Below are positions 11,675-64,000 of a stretch of DNA of 64,000 nucleotides, piece after piece; within the stretch, counting starts at the first letter, position 1; each line of letters opens with the position of its first letter. The notes beneath the pieces were generated by a model. That model was not told the origin of the DNA, ran no database searches, and saw nothing but the letters and a program-made list of their open reading frames with translations. The DNA is taken from positions 7,440,001 through 7,504,000 of the forward strand of contig CM035356.1 of NCBI GenBank assembly GCA_020137815.1, in the 5' to 3' direction. The DNA is from Hormiphora californensis (taxonomy: Eukaryota > Animalia > Ctenophora). The position numbers were made by a program, and so were the translations under genes.

Positions 11675-12522
11675 TATTTTACATAGAAATAAAAACGATC
11701 AGGTTTTGTTCAACTTCAAATACACTTTTTAGAGTACATAATGCATTGAAAAAAACAAAAAACACTACATTATATTTTGCTTAAATCAACATCTTATTTG
11801 CGAATTGCGATGAAGTTAACGTATTTTTTGGCTTTTTAAAAATTGTGAATTGTGAAAAAATCAAAAATAATAAGTTAGGTTCAGTTTGTTGGACGTTGGT
11901 GTCAATCTACACACTAAAGTATTTTGTTATGTTCTAAGGGGGTCGAGCTAGGCAAAGATTATTTCTCACGTGCAACCAAACTATACGCTAACTAACGTCT
12001 AACTCGTGCACGACAGTCATGTAGTATGACAACGTCTACGATCTAACCCCTAAACAAATACTAACACAAGATATCAAATATTCCACCCTGTCCACTGCTG
12101 CAGGAGCCAGGACTACTTTATGCGGAGCACGGACACAGAGTGTCAAGCGTCTCAAGTTGAGACTGAGTACTGTTATTCTGTTGAGACTCTCAACAGAATA
12201 ACAGTACAGTACTAGATAGAGTTCACAGTACTAGATAGAGTTCACAGTACTAGATAGAGTTCGCAGCACCAAATCTTAATGTGACCCAGCTTTGTTCTCT
12301 TAAGCCCATTTATTACATAAACCCCATCGTCATCAGCGGTTCCGTTGCAGTGGTATGGATTCGGATCTCCAGCTCCGGGGTCCTTAATCGTCAATTCCAC
12401 ACAATTCCTTATCTCCAACCGTTGATTTAGATTAGAATCTGTAAAGTTGTCTTTTTTAGGGTAAACTGTGGTATGTAATCCAATTGATGGATAAACAATT
12501 ATTATCCACCAATTGGATTATA

Positions 12523-13008
12523 TTAATCATTGAATAGTTCATCGAATAGATCATTTATATCGTAAAAGATCAACTCACGTCCAGAAGCTATTGATGTTGA
12601 GGAAAGTAGGAATTCTGTTGTCATGTTTCCAGCTGCCAGGGGTGTTGCAGTTGTTGGGAGCTCTGCTCCTTCATCAAAACTTCCTTCATCTCTGTCACCC
12701 TTCTCTTTATCACCCTTCTCTTTGTCACCCTCATCTTGATCACCCTCATCCTCTCCGCCCTGATCATATCCGACATTGTCTTCTTTGCTATCTTGTCTCT
12801 CCAACACTACTGCGTCTGCCTGTGGCCCCAATGCAGTTGGTGTTTCTGACGGTGGGGCTGGTGGGGCTCTAGTGTATACTGCAATGGATACAGCCAGGGC
12901 TGCACCAGACATTATCATAGCGAGTCCAGCGATAAGGAGAAAGGGGAAGAAGAAGGAAGGACGGGTCTGACCTGAGTGACCTGCACCCATCATCTGTTCA
13001 TCAGCCAT
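12523..13008 (-). CDS. Orphan type II membrane-like protein (161 aa): N-terminal TM helix, Pro-rich linker, acidic (EGDxD) repeats
   Basis: ATG-initiated ORF with a long hydrophobic segment; CTAAC...TAG acceptor-like sequence 1 nt before the ATG; coding-like but frameshifted sequence continues to about 12250. Confidence 0.6.
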   Translation of the reverse strand: MADEQMMGAGHSGQTRPSFFFPFLLIAGLAMIMSGAALAVSIAVYTRAPPAPPSETPTALGPQADAVVLERQDSKEDNVGYDQGGEDEGDQDEGDKEKGDKEKGDRDEGSFDEGAELPTTATPLAAGNMTTEFLLSSTSIASGRELIFYDINDLFDELFND

Positions 13009-13623
13009 GCTATTATAATAAGAGATGTGTGTTAGTGAGTAGAAAGAATATGCTATAACAAGTTACATGTCATCCAATGGAATGGAAATCAAAACTCACT
13101 ATATAAAGAGGAAACGACGATTTAGCAGTACATACTATGTCAGGTGTCTTTGCTATATATCTTTGGACTAATTTTAAATGAACGACAGCTAGTATTAGCA
13201 TAAGAGAAAAAACAACTGTTAGTATAAAGCTGCAAGTACAAGGGGGAGAAGGAAAAGGCTGTAAGAAAATACTGCTATCTGCTAAACCTCATTCACTTTT
13301 GTGGGCGACTTTTGCATTTCAAGGAACATACCCGGACACACTAAATGGTTCAAGTTACAAAGGTTTACGAAATATATGTGCTCCGTCTTCTCGTGCCTCA
13401 AGCGTGTCGTGTGTTTCGTCACCCTGTCACACTGAGATACATATAATGCTGCCCTGTAAATTTATTCTCTCACTTCGTACTCAAGAAGTTCATAATTCCG
13501 GCTCTAATAGATCACATTTTCATAATATATCCCTTTTTTCTTCCATCATATTTTAGGAAGCAAATTTATCAAAACTAACTTCATTTCTATCTTTGTAGGA
13601 TGTAAAAAACATGATAACAGAAG

Positions 13624-57520
<43,897 letters not shown>

Positions 57521-57845
57521 GTAAGTAGAGATAGAGAGAGAAATCGATAGACAGAGAGAGATAGAGAGAGACAGAGACAGAGACAGAGACAGAGACAGAG
57601 ACAGAGACAGAGACAGAGACAGAGACAGAGACAGAGACAGAGGGGAGAGATATAGAGCTAGAGTGAAAGAACTGAGATGGGATAGAAAGGAATTCTTATT
57701 TCTTCTATTTCTTCCACCAGTTTCTAGGAGGCGGAGGTGCTGTCATGGTAGTGATATTGTGTTACGCTTGGGACGTTACATGCGGCATATTGCATTATTG
57801 AGGGGGCACACATAGCTCTTATTGCTTCTGTTATCTTGTGCCCTG

Positions 57846-57887
<42 letters not shown>

Positions 57888-58497
57888 CTCTCTCTCTCTC
57901 TCTCCTCTCCTCTCTCTCTCTCTCTCCTTTTGGAATGATGGACTTGGAGGACCGCCAGACTTTGAGGTACTGTATTGAGGTTGATAGTATGGAGAGAGAG
58001 AATTCAGCACTGAGGTATGTGAAACTACTCTCTCCGAGTATTTTTGGTCCTCTCTATAGTTTTATATAAGACATTTCTAAACTTTCTAAACAAAACTTTT
58101 CTAGATTTTTTGTGAGATTTTATACGGTGTATAATCGTGTTCTTAGATTGGAAAGGGAAAAAACTGTAAATATAATTGTTGCCACAAACTATTTTTCGTG
58201 TTTTTGGAATATATTGTAAATATTTCAGTTGCTAATTTTGCTAGAATTCCGTCAAATCCTGTTTCTCTCGATCTATTCCACACACTTCGCACGATGAGTA
58301 GCACGATGAGTAGTATATCGTGGTGACAACCGCCTACATGAAGCTCCTCCAATGTATTATTTCTAGGTCTTTTTCTCCTTTCCCTCTCGCCCTAAATGTT
58401 TTACTACTCCTTTCCTTCTCTCCCTTTCTTTTGACGCTGTTACGCCCACCCATGTAGCCGCCGTCCAATTGTCTTTTCTCTTTACTTTCTATATTTC

Positions 58498-58557
<60 letters not shown>

Positions 58558-59320
58558 ATTCTGCCAGTTTCCTCTGTTTTCCATCAAGGGAATTACATTC
58601 CATGCCATCACTGTTAATAGTATTGCCCCCTTCTCTCTTTTTTGTAACCTCCCCGTAACCTCTCCAGTATTCTCTCGTACCCTCTTCTCTCTCTCACTCT
58701 CGTCCCCCCTTCTCTCTCGTACCATATTCTCTCTAACTCTCGTCCCCGGCCCTTCTCTCTCTCGTCCCCTCCCCACCGCTTTGTCTTTCTTTTCCTTTGA
58801 CCTAAAAGTTATCCTAGTACCTACTGGAAACTTTCCTTGTTCAACCCTCCCTCCCCGCGCCCCGGGTTTTTCTTAATTCAGCGTATCCTCTAAGAAAGCC
58901 GCCCTTATCCAATCAAGGAGAAGATCTCCTTTATAATTTATTTGTTTTTAATTAATATCATAATAGAAGGCCCTCTTTTGTTTATTATCAGCTAATTATT
59001 TAATATCCTTCCTCTATTGTTTCAAGTCACATGATTACTTGCCTGATTGTCTGCTCTCTATGGATTTGTCTGTGACTTGATTGAATGAAAATCTAAATGA
59101 ATTCTTTATATTTTTCTCTCCAGCTCAGACTTCCAAAACAACTCCTTGCATGTTTTTACAATATTTTTGTTTTTTTTTGGTTATCTCCCATTTTTTACTT
59201 CTTACTCCAATATCTTGATCTCTTTTATACGGTCATTGCCCTCTCACTTCCAATCATATTATATCTCTTCAGCAGTGTTTGACAGCAGGCAGCTTGTCGT
59301 CACTTTCATGTCCGAGATGG

Positions 59321-59408
<88 letters not shown>

Positions 59409-60249
59409 AATAGTACACGATCGAATTTGTAGGATCCCATGAGATCTGTTCTACAAAATACCTACTATATTTTTCCCCCATCCTATCCTTGTGTTTGAAT
59501 TCCCCCTTTTCTCTCCCTTCTGCGATGTACTCTCGGTTAGAGAGGGTCCAACTGTTATACTAAACTCCCATGTATCGAACTCCTGGTTAAACCCTCGTTT
59601 TACCAGTACCTACACACCCTCGTTTTACACCTGGCAGCTGTCCACATGACACTATCCTACATCAAAGAAACTCTTCTAGAATTTAGACGTGTGATATATT
59701 GGGCTGTCTCATAACTAAAGAGGAAGATAGTTGGCTCATTTGCACTTTGATATGGACCACACAAATGGGCTCATCTCTCAAATGAATTCAGTTCTGGGTC
59801 ACTGCGCCATTCCAAAGTTGGCCATTCCCTGGGTGTCACTAACTAGATATTTATGATGAGATGCAAATTTGATTTCTGATTTCTCGAGCTAGCGTCCTAG
59901 GTCATCTCTCAATCCAAAGGGGAAAGAGGGTGTCTAAGACGAGCCAGACAAGACCTGTTGTCCTTGTCGCACAACAGACTGCACTCAGTGTCCACATTGT
60001 CATGTAGTGTGACAACGCGGTGTCCAATGTCCATCATGTGTGATGTGTATTGTTAATTAATCTTTAATGTTAATTTGAGCTTCCGATTCCTTTAAAAGCC
60101 CTCTGCTCTTAATTCTACGGTTGTCTCTATTTTTATCTTGTTATCATCTTTTAGATTTACTCTTCTATCTCCTATCTTGGAAAACTTTTCTCTATCCCTT
60201 TCCTTTCCCATTTACAATATTCATCCCTTCTATCTCTCTCTATCTTCCT

Positions 60250-60308
<59 letters not shown>

Positions 60309-60469
60309 GCCCGACAGTGACTACAAGAGGACATGCGTGTGTGTAACGCTCGTGTTTGTCATTTCCGTTTCGCATTCACTTGAGCTCTTTCTCTCCGCTA
60401 TCTCTCCACTCTCTGGTTTATTCTTTCTCTTTTTATCTCAGCGTTTCTTTCTTCCCGCAAAAATACTTT

Positions 60470-60640
60470 GATTAAAACCGTGGGTTTTCCAACAAAATTT
60501 TTGGAGGGAAAGAGAGGAAGAAGGAGAGGAGAGGGGGCGATAGAAAGAATAATCTCCCCTCTCTTTTCTCTTCTTCTCTCACTCGGGCACTCCCCCCAGA
60601 AGCTAAAAATCCAAATGCCCCCTTTTTTCCCCCCCCCCCC

Positions 60641-60705
<65 letters not shown>

Positions 60706-61745
60706 TTTTTTTTTCCCCCAAAAATTTTTCCCCCCGGGGGGAAAAAAACCCCTCCCCACTCTCCCTCTTCCCTTTTCCCTTTTTTTCCCTTTTCCCCCCT
60801 TTTTTTTTTTTTTTAAAAAAAAAAAGGGAAAGCCCGACCCCCAAACCAAGAAAAGAAAAAAAAAAAAAAAATTTTTTCTTTTAGTTTTTACAAAAAACCG
60901 TTTTTTTCGGACTTTTTCCCCCAAATTTGTCATGTTTTCCCCCCCCCTTCCAATTTGTTAATCCCCCCCCCTTTTTTTTCCCCCCAACCCCTTTTAAAAA
61001 ACCCTTCCCCCGGAAAACCGTTGGGCGAAACCCCCCGTGAAAAAAAGAGTGCTTTTGGGGTTTTTTTTGGTTTTCCCCGGCTTTTTCCCCCCGGAAACGG
61101 TTTTCACCGAAAACGGGCTCCCAGACCCCTTTTAGAACCCTATTTCCCAAAATTTGCAAATTTTTTAAATTTGTTACATGCCTTCCCATAATTGGGTTTG
61201 TTTTCCCCTGCCATGCATCTCCATTCCCCTCCCTTTTAAAAATTTCTTTTATATCTTCTCTCTCCTCGTTTCCTTCCCCCCCCCCCTCAACTTCTCCCTC
61301 TCTTGTTCTCTCTTTTTCATTTTTTAAGAGCTAGTTATTTTTCCTCCTGTGGGTTTTTTTTGGTTTTTATGGGGGTTGCCGGGTTAGGAAAATTTAGGAG
61401 ATGAGCCGAAAAGGGAAAAAGGGGGTGGAGGAAAAAGGGGAAAGAAAGGGGGAGGGGGAGTAAAAGAGAAAGGTGAGAAAAAACAATGTAATTTAGTTAA
61501 ATTTAAAATTTGGGGGGGAAAAAAAAAAAAGAGGAAGAGGGTTAAAATTTTTTGGGGGCGGGGGTTTTTTAAAAAGAAACCCAAAGGAGGGGGGAAAGGA
61601 GCGAGAAAAGGGAAAAAAGGGGGGGAAAAAGGGGGGGAGAAAAGGAAAAAAGGGAAAAAAGGATGAAAAGGGGGGGGGGCCCCCCCTTTTTTTTTTTGTT
61701 TTGGGGGGGGGGCCCCCCTTCCTTTTTTTCTTTTTTTTCTTTTCT
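60470..61745. other. Low-quality, homopolymer-rich segment (probable sequencing or assembly artefact)
   Basis: Runs of A/T/C/G with no structure; 61165-61340 is a garbled duplicate of about 61825-62015. Confidence 0.85.
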
Positions 61746-62460
61746 GGATCCATCCAGCGCGTTTTCGCTAGACTGGCTGCCAGACGTTTAGTTTAACGAT
61801 AATTGCCCCATAATTGCTAAACTTGTTAATTTCGTTACATGCCTCTCCCATAATTGAGCTCTTGATGGTTCTCCTGTCCATGCATCTCCATTCCCCTACT
61901 ATCTATAATTTCTCTCTATATCTCTCTCTCTCTCGTTCTCCTTCCCTATCTCTCCCCTCCCTCTAACTATCTCCCTCTCTCTCGTTCTCTCTTTATCAGT
62001 TTCAAGAGCTAGTTATGTGTCCTCGTGTTCGCTTAGCGTGTATCGTCGGTGCATCTGCCTGTCTCAGAGCTCTCTCATATATTCAGTGTAGAATTGAGTT
62101 CTCGTACTGTGTAAGGGGAGAGATAGAGAGAGTGAGAGACAGAGACAGAGACAGAGACAGAGAGGGGGAGTGAGACAGAGACAGACAGAGATAGAGACAG
62201 AGACAGATGTAATATTAGACTAGGACATGTGGTAGAGATTCATTTAGTGTGACTGAAAATACAAGCATTATGCAGCTAGATTTAGAGGGATATAACTCCT
62301 CCTATTAGGAGCGTGGTGTATGTGAGAAAAGGAAATCGAAGAGTAGGCTGGAGCTACTGCATGAATGTGATGCTGAGAATTATGTTGCAAAATCGTGTGA
62401 GTTTACCATCTTTGTTGTTGGGAGACTTAGAGAGAATAAGCAAGGATCGATACTTCCTTT

Positions 62461-62514
<54 letters not shown>

Positions 62515-62522
62515 TCGCTCTT

Positions 62523-62619
<97 letters not shown>

Positions 62620-62985
62620 TTCTCTCTCTCTCTACTCTCCCAATTGTTTCATTGTGTTAGCTTCCTTTTCTCCGGACTCCAACCCATTGAGTTACATCCT
62701 AGGCGCCCTTGCGATTTGTCGAATTACTCAACAACTTGCGATCCCATGATAAAGGGATCATAATACACCTACCGACATGTCGTTGTGCATTGTCCTTCTC
62801 TTAATACCCTCCCCAGTGCAGACCTCAATCGCTGTTTTTTACAACTTACCTGCATCCCTGTTGTTCGTCCTTTCTTCAACTCTTTATTCAGTACTGTTGA
62901 GATATCACCCCCTCATTCTCTTTTTTCTCTCTCTCGATTACATTAGGCGGTTGTCAGCACGTAGTCGTACCCCGGAACACACACG

Positions 62986-63052
<67 letters not shown>

Positions 63053-63152
63053 GTTTTAACCTTTCTTGTTGCCTAAAAAGTACAGGTAGCTGCGATGGCG
63101 TGATCAGTTCTAGGACGAGCTAGAGAGAGAGAGAGAGGAACAACATACACAC

Positions 63153-63533
63153 ATGATGACATCTGAGGGTTATACGGAGGGGCAAGTCAGCGAATTTAAG
63201 GAGGTCTTTGGGCTCTTTGATAAAGAAGGTAAAATTATTTCTGATCTTGATTATTTAGCCTGAAATCCTGAGCTGAACTACCCCCACATTGTTTACTGAT
63301 ACCTGATATCTGATATCTGATACCTGATACCTGACCACTCTCACAGTCTCTGCTCAAAGCGAAGCGAGCGAGATTGTTTGCCTGTTATGTGTTTACTGTT
63401 TACTGTTATTTTTAATGTTTACTCAACAATTATATTTCCAGGTAAAGGCTACATAACTCCGACTGAGATTACTAAGATTGTGAATATGTTTGGAACAGCG
63501 GCCTCAAAGGATGCTATCGACTCTTTTATGAAG
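63153..63533 (+). CDS. Calmodulin-like EF-hand protein, first two coding exons (63153-63228, 63442-63533); continues beyond the window
   Basis: MMTSEGYTEGQVSEFKEVFGLFDKEG-KGYITPTEITKIVNMFG..., a canonical first EF-hand across a phase-1 GT-AG intron. Confidence 0.88.
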
Positions 63534-64000
63534 GTAGACAATCATGTGACACACCATAGAATTAGAAACAAAAAACAGAAAATGTAGCCGAAATATGCGA
63601 CTGTAGCCATCTGTGTCCAAATAAGAAGAGACCAAAAAAATTATAGATCGTACATATGATCACCGAGCAAGCATCGTACACACAACGCGAAACCCGGGGA
63701 TTTGCGAGCATGCACGTAACCGGCCCCCGATGGGGGTGGGCATATGTACGGTCAAGACCCACACACACACACCCTCAAACAGAAGTTCATAGTTCATGTA
63801 TTGCACGATTGATTTGATACCCATGAGTCTCTAAGCAGTTTGCAGCTCTTGAGGAACCGGTTAAGATAGCTGCAGTGGTATTCAGAGAATACTGTGGGGA
63901 AATCCTTTTCTGCGATGGCGGATCTTAGTGATTCAGGGAGGGTGACTCGCATATGGTGGTATGCTGGACAGGTGGTGATGACATGTTCCTCGCTTTCGAG

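Noticed and set aside
60398-61753. Lys/Phe/Pro/Gly-rich ORFs and G/C runs as G-quadruplex or novel genes
   Set aside because: Pattern of degraded read ends, including a garbled duplicate of adjacent sequence; treated as an artefact.

Overview
Eukaryotic (animal) genomic DNA, rich in introns, microsatellites and transposons. A ctenophore such as Pleurobrachia is my guess, from recollection of the repeat families; it is not verified. About 44 kb (13624-57520, + strand) is one PHR-family E3 ubiquitin ligase gene (MYCBP2/Highwire/RPM-1). It has roughly 75 short exons encoding RCC1-like repeats, PHR1, PHR2, a filamin-like repeat, DOC, B-box, RING-H2 and the start of the tandem-cysteine domain. Its last exons are not found, and the 3' end of the window shows signs of misassembly. 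The first 11 kb holds a disrupted CxxH-type DDE transposase and a nested pile of MITEs, a tRNA-derived element and a LINE remnant. The large MYCBP2 introns are filled by 1.4-2.4 kb foldback/TIR elements and a 5'-truncated CR1-like LINE. Two intronless orphan genes lie on the - strand, one of them nested in a MYCBP2 intron. A calmodulin-like gene starts at 63153. The most unusual signal is a recurrent set of tandem duplications that copy the splice junctions themselves (up to 12 stacked donors or 10 stacked acceptors), with the exon-proximal unit biased toward frame-preserving lengths.
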